Origin: Acidobacteriota bacterium
GTDB taxonomy: Bacteria > Acidobacteriota > UBA6911 > RPQK01 > JAJDTT01
Assembly: GCA_965217775.1 (NCBI GenBank)
Contig: CBDCJH010000002.1
Span: forward strand, 1,664,001-1,728,000
Reading direction: 5' to 3'
Length of the DNA stretch: 64,000 nucleotides
In this document: positions 9,414-18,049 of the stretch, piece by piece
Layout of the letters: every line of letters starts with the position of its first letter
Numbering within the stretch: position 1 is the first letter of the stretch
Notes under the pieces: generated by a model
Told to the model about the DNA's origin: nothing
What the model saw: the letters and a program-made list of their open reading frames with translations, nothing else
The model's database searches: none
Translations under genes and position numbers: made by a program

Positions 9414-10988
9414 ATGAGATACCGGGTGGGAGTTCTCGTTCTGTCCATTTTTCTCGTTGCGGCGGCCGCGGAAGCTTCCTCCCACGAACCCCTGAAGATC
9501 GGCTCGCAACGGCAACTCTTCATCGACGACCACGTCGTCGAGTCGATGGATCCGCGGGTCTACCGGCACCTGAACCAGCCTTTGAAATACCGGGACAACC
9601 CGGTGATCCGGATGGATCAGGATTGGGAGCACAAGGGCGGCCTCTCCCACGCGGGCGACTGCGGGCAGATCTTCTACGATCCGGACCGGAAGCTATACCG
9701 ATTCTACGGGTTGATGGTCAATTGGGACTGGTCGGAACGATGGATCTTCTACGCCGAGTCCAAGGACGGCATCCATTGGGTCAAGCCTCGCCTGGGACAG
9801 GTCGAGTATCTCGGATACGACACGAATTTCATCTCCCTGCCTTTCGACAAGGAGGCGACGAGCAACACCGTCTTCCGCGACCCGGCCGCCAAAAGCGAGG
9901 ACGAGCGGTTCAAGATGATCTACATCCGGAAACGGGGAGACAAGGCCGTGATGATGCCCGGCCACTCTCGGGACGGCCTCCACTGGAAGGCCTACCAGGT
10001 GGAACGGCCCGTCGTCAACTTCTGGTCGGACACCAACAACAACCTGCTCTGGGACCCCAAGAAGAAGCGGTACATCCTCTACCTGAGGAGCTTCAACAAG
10101 CTGAGCCGGTGGATGACTCCGGAGCCGGTCTATCCTGCGGATGCGCGGGTCCGGACCGCTTCCTTCGCCACCAGCGTCGACTTTCTTAACTGGGACGCCC
10201 AGCCCACGCTCCGGGACGCCCCGGACCGTTTCATCGCCTTTCACGCTGACGAGAAGGACCGCGTGGGCGATCGAGATTTCTACACTCTGGAAGTGCTCCC
10301 CTATGAGGGCGGGTACGTCGGGTTCACCTCCGTCTACCACACCATGTTGGGGACCGCGCCGGCCGCCATGGATACGGACAATGCCCAATCCCCCTGGATG
10401 GAGCGGATGGACGTGCAACTGCTCTGGAGCCGGGACGCGGAGAGGTTCCAACGCGTCGGAGACCGGCGGGTCTTCATTCCCAACGGTCCGCCGGGCAGTT
10501 GGGATGAGCATATGGTCTATTCGGTCCACAACGGGGTCATCCGGGAAGATCTGGGTGAGGTCTGGATCTACTACCAGGGCTTCCGCGGTCACCACTGGTT
10601 CTACCATCGACAGGAGCCTCAACTGGGACAGATCGGACTGGCGATTCTCAGGCTCGACGGGTTCGTGAGCGTCACCGGGAAGGGAGCCTTGACTACCCGT
10701 CCCCTGTTGCTCGAGGGAAACCGGCTCAAGATCAACGCCACCGGGGTGGACAAGTTCGTGGGTCCCGGATACGGGACCGTGCGAGTCGAGGTTTTGGACG
10801 CCGCTACAGGCGAGGCGGTGGCCGGGTTGGGAAGAGAGGACTCGGATGCCTTCGGCGGGGACGAAATCGGGTACACGGCGAGTTGGAAGGGAAAGCAGGA
10901 TCTGAGCGCCCTGCAGGGGAAAGCCGTTCGGTTGCGGTTCCACCTGGACAAGGCCAAGCTGTTCTCGTTCTGGGTCGATCAGGAATGA
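9414..10988 (+). CDS. Secreted beta-propeller glycoside-hydrolase-like protein, paralogue of 1942-3510
   Basis: Signal peptide (..AAAAEA); RQLFIDDHVV, ESKDGIHW, SRDGLHW, SDTNNN, LRLDGFVS, LFSFW. Confidence 0.75.
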   Translation: MRYRVGVLVLSIFLVAAAAEASSHEPLKIGSQRQLFIDDHVVESMDPRVYRHLNQPLKYRDNPVIRMDQDWEHKGGLSHAGDCGQIFYDPDRKLYRFYGLMVNWDWSERWIFYAESKDGIHWVKPRLGQVEYLGYDTNFISLPFDKEATSNTVFRDPAAKSEDERFKMIYIRKRGDKAVMMPGHSRDGLHWKAYQVERPVVNFWSDTNNNLLWDPKKKRYILYLRSFNKLSRWMTPEPVYPADARVRTASFATSVDFLNWDAQPTLRDAPDRFIAFHADEKDRVGDRDFYTLEVLPYEGGYVGFTSVYHTMLGTAPAAMDTDNAQSPWMERMDVQLLWSRDAERFQRVGDRRVFIPNGPPGSWDEHMVYSVHNGVIREDLGEVWIYYQGFRGHHWFYHRQEPQLGQIGLAILRLDGFVSVTGKGALTTRPLLLEGNRLKINATGVDKFVGPGYGTVRVEVLDAATGEAVAGLGREDSDAFGGDEIGYTASWKGKQDLSALQGKAVRLRFHLDKAKLFSFWVDQE

Positions 10989-11006
10989 CCCGATGAGCTG
11001 ATATCT

Positions 11007-12278
11007 CTACCGTGAGACCCGGACCCGCCGCAACAGGATGGCCTTCTGCTGGCGGCCCTGCCTGTCCTGGTGCTTGAAGTGGGAGTAGGCGATGAGGAAT
11101 TCGTCCGGTCCCACCGCCAGCACGCTCGTATACCCGCAGGTGTTCCGGTCGCCTGATGTGCCCATCGGAATCAACGTGGTGGGCTTGGACCACGTTCTGC
11201 CGGTTCCGTCGGCGGAAAACTTCATGTGCACGCCGTGACGGCCGAAAGAGCAGGCCATGATCCCGTTTTCCAGCAGCAGCAGACAGGGGAAAACGCCGAA
11301 TTTATGGAGCGGCCGAACCGGTTCCCAGGTCCGTCCACGGTCCGAGCTGAAGGTGATGACCAGACGGTGGCCCTTCGTGTAGTCCGTGTAGTGGGCCGAT
11401 CCCCGGATGGCACAGACCAACCGTCCGTCTGACGCGACGGCGATCATGGGTTCCGTCATGTAGGAATCTCCGGTCGGGTCGACCGCAATGGTGCCTCTCC
11501 GGGTCCAGGTTCTGCCGTTGTCGCGCGAGACCATGCAGGTGGCCGGCCAGTGGCGGGGGATCGTATCGTCCCCGGCGGTGTACGTCCCCTGATAGTCGCC
11601 GTAGAAAAGCTCGTCCCCCAATCTGGCGGGAGCGTGCTCGATCCGGGTGCGTCCCACCAAGTGGGACTTGGTGTGCTTCCAGATCAGGCGTCCCCGGGTG
11701 TCGTAGATCACCGTCTCCGGCTTCCAGGCGGGAAGGTCGAGAGTCCAGCGATAGGCGGGGAGCTCACGCATGAAGTCCTGGATTTCTTTGGGGGATTCCT
11801 CATACCGGTGCAGCGAAATCCCCTTTTCGTCTCCCAGATACCCGACCGGGGGCGGCAGACTCAGGCCCGTGGCCTTCAGGTTGAAGGCCACCACAGGAGA
11901 TATGGAGAGGAACTCACCCGGAGATATCTCGGCCAAGGCCGGGTGCGGTTTGTAGCCGGCCACGTGATTGTAGACCCGCTTCCAGCTCCTCCCCTCGTCC
12001 GCCGAGACGTACATGGGGCTGGCATGCCCCACGGCTTCGGTGGCGTCGGCGTTGTGTGAAAAACCGAGGCCGATCCGTCCCTGGGGCAGTCGGAACAGGG
12101 CAGGGTACTGATGGTATCCCCACCGCGTCTCGCCGGGCTCGGAGGTGGCGATGACCTGGACCTTCCCCAGTTGCACCCGGACCTCGGGTCCCACGGGGAC
12201 GAGTGGCGTGCCGGAACCCGCCAACGGAGCGGACCATAAGAAAAATAGGTAAATCGCCGCTGTTACGGGAACGAAACG
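11007..12278 (-). CDS. Sialidase/BNR-repeat (Asp-box) protein; start codon uncertain
   Basis: Asp-boxes SADEGRSW, SRDNGRTW, SSDRGRTW, SADGTGRTW; C-terminal CGYTS; signal-like hydrophobic stretch begins at the tRNA 3' end. Confidence 0.7.
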   Translation of the reverse strand, partial: RFVPVTAAIYLFFLWSAPLAGSGTPLVPVGPEVRVQLGKVQVIATSEPGETRWGYHQYPALFRLPQGRIGLGFSHNADATEAVGHASPMYVSADEGRSWKRVYNHVAGYKPHPALAEISPGEFLSISPVVAFNLKATGLSLPPPVGYLGDEKGISLHRYEESPKEIQDFMRELPAYRWTLDLPAWKPETVIYDTRGRLIWKHTKSHLVGRTRIEHAPARLGDELFYGDYQGTYTAGDDTIPRHWPATCMVSRDNGRTWTRRGTIAVDPTGDSYMTEPMIAVASDGRLVCAIRGSAHYTDYTKGHRLVITFSSDRGRTWEPVRPLHKFGVFPCLLLLENGIMACSFGRHGVHMKFSADGTGRTWSKPTTLIPMGTSGDRNTCGYTSVLAVGPDEFLIAYSHFKHQDRQGRQQKAILLRRVRVSR

Positions 12279-12350
12279 CGCCCGGCAGGGCTCGAACCTG
12301 CGGCCTTTGGTTTCGTAGACCAACGCTCTATCCAACTGAGCTACGGGCGC
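12277..12350 (-). tRNA. tRNA-Arg(ACG), CCA not encoded
   Basis: Cloverleaf GCGCCCG-TA-GCTC AGTTGGATA GAGC-G-TTGGT CTACGAA ACCAA-AGGCC-GCAGG TTCGAGC CCTGC-CGGGCGC-G. Confidence 0.96.
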
Positions 12351-12363
12351 TCCGAATGCCGGG

Positions 12364-12372
12364 AGTTTAGCA
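12364..12372 (-). promoter_or_regulatory. Putative extended -10 promoter of tRNA-Arg
   Basis: TGcTAAACT lies 13 nt upstream of the tRNA 5' end. Confidence 0.5.
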
Positions 12373-12544
12373 GAATCGAGCTCGGCCCGGAAGAAGCCTC
12401 CATCGTTGCAGTTGCCGTTTTTAGGGGGCAGACTGGTCGCCGGCGCCAACCTCACGATCGACATCGGAGACGGTCCATCCGGAAACCGGGAAGCACTTTG
12501 GCCAAGTAACCGAACGGTCACCAATTGTTCCGCAAAGCACTGGA

Positions 12545-13936
12545 ATGACTGAAATTGGACGGCGCAATTTCCTCAAGGGTTCCTCGACGCTTCTCATCGG
12601 AAGTTCCACTGCCGGTCTGTCTTCAGGGTGGATCGGAGCGGGCGATCGAATCCGGGTGGGACTCATCGGGGCCGGCATCCGAGGCCGCGGCTTGATGTAC
12701 GAGGCCAGCGACGTGCCGGGCGTGGAGGTGTCGGTCATCTCCGATCCCGACCGGCGGAGGATGGAGGGAACGGCAGTCGAACTGGAGAAGAAGACCGGCA
12801 AGCGAGCCCGGACCGAAGTGGACCTGCGCCGGATCCTGGACGACCCGGAGATCGATGCCGTCGTCATCGCCAGTTGCGACCACTGGCACGCCCTGGCCAC
12901 CATCTGGGCCTGCCAGGCGGGAAAACACGTCTACGTGGAAAAGCCGGTCTGTCACAACCTCTTCGAGGGGAGAAAGATGCTGGAGGCGGCCCGCAAGTAC
13001 GGCCGCATCGTCCAGACCGGGACCCAGCGGCGATCCAATGGCTCCTTTCGCAAGGCGGCCCAGCTGATCCGGGAGGGGGCCATCGGCGAGGTCTATTGGG
13101 CCAGCTTCGACCTCCCCAATCCCCGGGATCCGATCGGATTCAAGAAGCCGGAGCCGGTCCCCTCGTGGCTCGAGTGGGATTTGTGGCTGGGACCGGCCAA
13201 AACGCAGCCGTACCACGCCAATCTGGTGCACTACAACTGGCAGTGGTTCTGGGATTTCGGCAACGGCGAGCTGGCGACCAACGGCGTGCACCTGTTGGAC
13301 ATCGCCCGCTGGTGTCTGGGCAAGGGTCTGCCTTCCCGAATACATTCGGTGGGAGGACGCTTCGGTCCACCTGATCAGGGAGAGACTCCCAACGCTCAGA
13401 AAGCCACCTTCCGGTACGAGGATGGGACGCTGCTCACCGGCGAGGTACGCAACCTCTACTCGGCGCAGGGAAGAGTGAGGCCCCGGCGGCCCGGCGGCCC
13501 GGATCCCAGACACAGGTGGCTCGAGGAATTGTCCTGGAACTTCTACGGGAGCAAGGGTTACCTCCATCTGAAACCGCGACAGGGGGGCGGTCGGGACGAG
13601 GCGCCGCGCCAGTTGGCCAAACGCTACGGCTGCGAGTATCAGGTATTTCTGGGCCGCAACCCTGACCCCGAACCGGATCAGGGAATTCTGGAGCACCAGG
13701 ACCACTTCGGCAATTTCGTTGAGGCGATCCGGTCGGGACGCCCGGAGATCCTGACGGCGGGCCTGGAGGATGGAGTGCTTTCGGCCAGCCATTGCATCAT
13801 GGCCAACCTTTCCCTACGACTGGGAAGGGAACTGCGATACGACACCGCGACTCATCGATTCCTGGGGGATGACGAAGCGAATCGCCTGTTGACCCGAACC
13901 TATCGGGTGCCATACGTCGTCCCCGACAAGGTCTGA
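12545..13936 (+). CDS. Tat-exported Gfo/Idh/MocA oxidoreductase
   Basis: GRRNFLK Tat motif; VGLIGAGIRG Rossmann motif; DHWH, KHVYVEKP, NGVHLLD. Confidence 0.92.
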   Translation: MTEIGRRNFLKGSSTLLIGSSTAGLSSGWIGAGDRIRVGLIGAGIRGRGLMYEASDVPGVEVSVISDPDRRRMEGTAVELEKKTGKRARTEVDLRRILDDPEIDAVVIASCDHWHALATIWACQAGKHVYVEKPVCHNLFEGRKMLEAARKYGRIVQTGTQRRSNGSFRKAAQLIREGAIGEVYWASFDLPNPRDPIGFKKPEPVPSWLEWDLWLGPAKTQPYHANLVHYNWQWFWDFGNGELATNGVHLLDIARWCLGKGLPSRIHSVGGRFGPPDQGETPNAQKATFRYEDGTLLTGEVRNLYSAQGRVRPRRPGGPDPRHRWLEELSWNFYGSKGYLHLKPRQGGGRDEAPRQLAKRYGCEYQVFLGRNPDPEPDQGILEHQDHFGNFVEAIRSGRPEILTAGLEDGVLSASHCIMANLSLRLGRELRYDTATHRFLGDDEANRLLTRTYRVPYVVPDKV

Positions 13937-13996
13937 GCCGTAAGTTCCGACTCCCTTGGGGGTACCCTGCGCCGCCTCCTAAGCTGCGGCAGCCCT

Positions 13997-14566
13997 CTAT
14001 AGCGACTCACCCAACTTGTTCTTCCGGGCCCGGTCGCGCAATGAGCCCTCCCGGTAGTACTCGTCGGGTGGCGTCCCGATGAACACCCACCAGCAGTCCT
14101 CCTGGGTGTGGTTGTAGACGGACCGGGGCACGTCTGCGGGAAAACGGAAGGCGTCGAAGGCCTTGGCCTCCACCACGGTATCACCGACTCGGATCTGGCT
14201 CCGGCCTTGCATCAGGATATAGGTCTCTTCCGCCTTCTCGTGGGTGTGGTGGCCCACCGACTGGCCCGGCTTCAGGTGACCGATGGAGAAGGCGACGTGC
14301 TCGCATTCCAAGTGGGGATCATAAGCCCGCAAATCCCCGTTTTCGGCCTTGGGCCATGGGTGATCCTGGTCCTTGATGGGACTTCCCGGAGTTCCCGCCG
14401 GTGGGAGCCAGTCCCATCGAACCCGCCGGGATCGCAGTTTGTGCCCCTCGACAGGCCTCACCGCCGGCTCCCCCAACACCGCTTCTTTCAGGATCAGGGC
14501 CAGCGCCGGGACTCCGGCGGCCGAAGTCTTCAAGAAACCCCTCCTTTTCTTCTCAGATCTCCACAT
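13997..14566 (-). CDS. Tat-signal cupin-domain protein
   Basis: KRRGFLKTS Tat motif; PGQSVGHHTHEKAEETYILMQG cupin motif 1. Confidence 0.8.
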   Translation of the reverse strand: MWRSEKKRRGFLKTSAAGVPALALILKEAVLGEPAVRPVEGHKLRSRRVRWDWLPPAGTPGSPIKDQDHPWPKAENGDLRAYDPHLECEHVAFSIGHLKPGQSVGHHTHEKAEETYILMQGRSQIRVGDTVVEAKAFDAFRFPADVPRSVYNHTQEDCWWVFIGTPPDEYYREGSLRDRARKNKLGESL

Positions 14567-14614
14567 GCGACCTCCTAACATCTCTCGTTCTTCGATTCTC
14601 CCCGTCCAATTTCT

Positions 14615-16123
14615 TCAGAAGTTCCACACGGGGATCGGTTCTCCGGCCGAGACCACCTCCTCCAGGTATGCGCCCGTGTGGGGAGTCGGGTCTTGCATAT
14701 GGGTCAACTCTCCGTACTCCAGGATCCGGAGCGCGATGACGTTGCGCCATCTGCCGTCGGCCAAGCGCAGCGTGACGGCAACGGGGTGATCCACCCGCCA
14801 AGCCGTGCCGCCTGGGGGAGGTCCGAATTCCTTTCTCAGGTTCCGGGCAACCAGGGGCTCGAGCAACCCTGTTCGTTCCTGGTTCAAGGGCCAGAGGCAG
14901 AGGGTGTTTCGGCTGCGTCCTCCCCATAAGGGGCTCCCTCGCGAATCCTTCACCAGTTTGATCCGGTCCAGACCCTCCATGAAGACTTCATAGAGATTGG
15001 AAGCGATGTAGGGTGTCCCGTCGGCCGCACTGTTCAGGACGATAGGAGTCGCCGAGATCAGGCCCCTGACGTGGACGACTTTCTCCCAGGTCTCACCGTT
15101 GTCTTTCGAGCGCCAGACTCGGATGTCGTGAGGGGCCGTTCGGGTCTCGGAGGCCTCGAAAACCCCGGGACTCCCGTTGCCCCGGGCAGAAAAGAGGATG
15201 GACCCGTCCTGGTCGCGCACGGCGCTGGCCTCGAAGCTGCCGTCCTGACCCGTGACGGGAACGTAGGAGACGGGGCGCCATGCACCGTCCGTACGCCTCC
15301 AGCGGGCCAGCCCCGAGCCACCGGTCTCGCCTGGCCGGTTGCCCTTCATGGCAAAGAGAAGATCGTCGCCTTCGGGAATCGCCGTCATCAGGCTCGCGGT
15401 CAGCCGCCAGCCCGGAAGCAGGGATTCCTGCGAAACCCGCTCGGTATTGGCCACGCTGAAGGTCTCGCCGTCGTAGGCCAGTTGATGAAGCTCCAGGTAG
15501 GAGTACATCTGGCTCATGTCTTCGAACACCGAGGTTTTGGGATTCCGGCCGAACATGTTCACCCCGTAGGGCGGGGGCCCTTCGATGGTGGTCCTCCAGG
15601 CGATGGACTGATTGAGGCCGAAGCCTGTGCCGGCATGAGGGTGGGGAGAGCCGTCCGCCCGTTTCGCGCCGAAAGGAACGAAGCCTCCCATGACCGGGTA
15701 CTTCACCATGATGGCTTCCTGATTGGGCGGCTTGGAATTGGGGTTGGGCTCGTTGTGGTTGCGGGTGATGGGGACGGCGCGATCCGGTTTCAGACCGGTG
15801 ATATCGTCGAAGGGGATCAGGTCGGAGCCGTTCTCGAAGTCGGTGCCCTTCGCGCCCGCAACCCGGATGTTGCACAGATACCCGCCGGTGTTCGGACCCA
15901 ACTGGAGAGGCAATCCCAATTGGTAGACCCAGGTCGCACCTTCCGGGGTGTTTTCAGGAAAACGCAGGTCTGGGGAACTCCGCGTCACGTCGATGATCCC
16001 GCTATCGGGAAGAGGCGGCGGCTCCTCTGCCGGCGACGGCTGGGAGCCGCATGCGGCCAGAGACCAGAGGGCAATCAGACCGAGCGCCTTGATCGAATCC
16101 GAAACTTCGTGGCGTTTTCTCAT
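14615..16123 (-). CDS. Lipoprotein with Asp-box (sialidase-like beta-propeller)
   Basis: Lipobox LAAC; RSKDNGETW Asp-box. Confidence 0.65.
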   Translation of the reverse strand: MRKRHEVSDSIKALGLIALWSLAACGSQPSPAEEPPPLPDSGIIDVTRSSPDLRFPENTPEGATWVYQLGLPLQLGPNTGGYLCNIRVAGAKGTDFENGSDLIPFDDITGLKPDRAVPITRNHNEPNPNSKPPNQEAIMVKYPVMGGFVPFGAKRADGSPHPHAGTGFGLNQSIAWRTTIEGPPPYGVNMFGRNPKTSVFEDMSQMYSYLELHQLAYDGETFSVANTERVSQESLLPGWRLTASLMTAIPEGDDLLFAMKGNRPGETGGSGLARWRRTDGAWRPVSYVPVTGQDGSFEASAVRDQDGSILFSARGNGSPGVFEASETRTAPHDIRVWRSKDNGETWEKVVHVRGLISATPIVLNSAADGTPYIASNLYEVFMEGLDRIKLVKDSRGSPLWGGRSRNTLCLWPLNQERTGLLEPLVARNLRKEFGPPPGGTAWRVDHPVAVTLRLADGRWRNVIALRILEYGELTHMQDPTPHTGAYLEEVVSAGEPIPVWNF

Positions 16124-16151
16124 GGGGACTCTCCTTCGGGAAGGTGTCAAT

Positions 16152-17840
16152 CTACGTCTTGACGAAAACTTCCAACTCGTCGATGAGGATATCTTTGCCG
16201 GACGACGACGACACTTCCACCAACGTCACTTCCAACTGATTGTCCCCGAATCGGGCGGGCGGTTCATTCAGGTCAAACCAGAAGGTCCGGCAGTCACCCG
16301 GCAATTCGGGGACCGGCGGCAGGCCGGAAGTCTTCGTGGAGGATGGATCCACCACGGCTCGCAGGTCGGTTCGCGATTCATCGGAGCGAGCGCGGATCGC
16401 GCTGTCGTCCACTCGGGCGCCGTTGATTCGGATCTCCATTCGGTCGTGCTCGCCAGCTCCATAGGCCCGAAAAAGGAGCATCGCACCTCGCGACTGGCCG
16501 AGGTGTTCGCAGACCCGGAAACGAAAAGCGCCCGTCGACCCCGGTCTCCTTTCGAGAAGAAGACGATCCGCCTTGACCGCTCCGGTGGAGGCTCGGTCCT
16601 TTCCAAACCCGAGGCTGCCCCCCCATGAAGGCTCGAAGACGTAGTGCCGATCACCCGCCATCACCAACTCCGGATGCCGCACCGCAGCCAGCTCCCGGAG
16701 CAGATGGGGATAGAAGGGGGCCCAGGACTGGGTGACGAAATGATTGTAGAAGCTGATCCCGTCGGCTCCCGCCGCGTACATGTTGGCGGCCGCCGCCCGC
16801 TGCTGATCCAAGGACATGTGGCGATTGCCAAGACGTCTCCGCATGCGCTGGCTGGTCCAGGGAAGCATTCCCGGATAGAGGAGGCAGTTGCCGTCGTGAG
16901 TGAGACGGCGAAACTCCTCGTAACGGACGTTGGGTTCGGTGTGCATGGTGTCGTTGGGGGCGACATAGTCGACCAGTCCTCGGGAAATCCAGGTCTCCAC
17001 ATCCAATCCCAGGGACCGGCATTCGTCCAGGGTCTGGAAGACACGCGCACCCAAGAGCAGCTTCTTCCTCCGCAGCCGCCCCGTTTCTTCCAGCAAGGTC
17101 CGGGTCCGCGCTACCAGATCAGTCATCAAATGCTTCCGCTCGGGCCCTTTCCCTGGAGGGAAATAGCGATGGTCCCGAAAGCAGAGCTCCAAGCCGTCGA
17201 CTGGAAAGCGATCGACCAAGCGCCCCATGACGCCGACGACGTAGTCACGAACCTGGGAATACGTGAAGTCCAACGGAGTGCTGAGCTTGTAGTAGGGTCC
17301 CGGCGGCAGCTCCCGGATCTGCCATTCAGGGTGGTCGAGGAGAAATCGGGCTCCCGCCCCGACGCCCTGCTCGACAGAAATGTGGCCGTGGTTGTCGTTG
17401 ATTCGGATTCCCGCCAGGAACTCCATTCCGCGCTTGTGACTCTGATCCAGTAGAACCTCCAAGGGCTGCACTCCCCGTTCCAGTAGGGGAAGGAACCGAC
17501 GGTGCTGAGGCCGGGCGTCATATTCAAGGCCGTCCACCCGCCAATAGGTGGTCCAGCCCTGCGTGTAGGCCTCTTGGACCAAGACATCAACCCGGGCTGC
17601 CGAAAGTTGATCGACCCAAGCCCGAATCGATTCCTCTGTCGCCGGATCGGGAAGATACCGAGTGGCGATGCTGGACGGGTCGCTCACATATAGGATCCGC
17701 CGAGAACCCCGTGGCGCGTAGTCCTTCCAAGGTGAACCGGCACCGGAAGGTAGGGCCCCCGATCCGGCATAGACTCCTCCCGCAGCCGCACCGGCAGCCG
17801 TGGAGGCGACGAAACTCCGCCTGTTCATTATTCGTGTCAT
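16152..17840 (-). CDS. Tat-exported glycoside hydrolase-like TIM-barrel protein (GHL10/DUF187-like)
   Basis: NRRSFVAS Tat motif; GIRINDNH, LDFTYSQVRD, PVDGLELCFR, GLDVETWI, AGADGISFYN. Confidence 0.7.
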   Translation of the reverse strand: MTRIMNRRSFVASTAAGAAAGGVYAGSGALPSGAGSPWKDYAPRGSRRILYVSDPSSIATRYLPDPATEESIRAWVDQLSAARVDVLVQEAYTQGWTTYWRVDGLEYDARPQHRRFLPLLERGVQPLEVLLDQSHKRGMEFLAGIRINDNHGHISVEQGVGAGARFLLDHPEWQIRELPPGPYYKLSTPLDFTYSQVRDYVVGVMGRLVDRFPVDGLELCFRDHRYFPPGKGPERKHLMTDLVARTRTLLEETGRLRRKKLLLGARVFQTLDECRSLGLDVETWISRGLVDYVAPNDTMHTEPNVRYEEFRRLTHDGNCLLYPGMLPWTSQRMRRRLGNRHMSLDQQRAAAANMYAAGADGISFYNHFVTQSWAPFYPHLLRELAAVRHPELVMAGDRHYVFEPSWGGSLGFGKDRASTGAVKADRLLLERRPGSTGAFRFRVCEHLGQSRGAMLLFRAYGAGEHDRMEIRINGARVDDSAIRARSDESRTDLRAVVDPSSTKTSGLPPVPELPGDCRTFWFDLNEPPARFGDNQLEVTLVEVSSSSGKDILIDELEVFVKT

Positions 17841-18049
17841 TTAACTTTCCCCTGTCTCACAGATTTCGCGAAATGAAAGTCCGGGGGGAGGCTGGATGCC
17901 CATTGGCCGAGCCGAGAATACCACAGCACTTCGCACCGCCGTCTCCATTCCACATTAGGTGAGAAAGGGCGATATGCTGTAGTGGCTTCCAGCTTGATTT
18001 GGAGAAATGCTTCAGGACCAGGCTCAGAGGCCGCTGAGAGACAAGGATC

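Noticed and set aside
17841-18049. Possible NAD+ (nadA-motif) riboswitch upstream of nadE
   Set aside because: I could not find the conserved aptamer core or its tandem architecture; an Rfam cmscan would settle it
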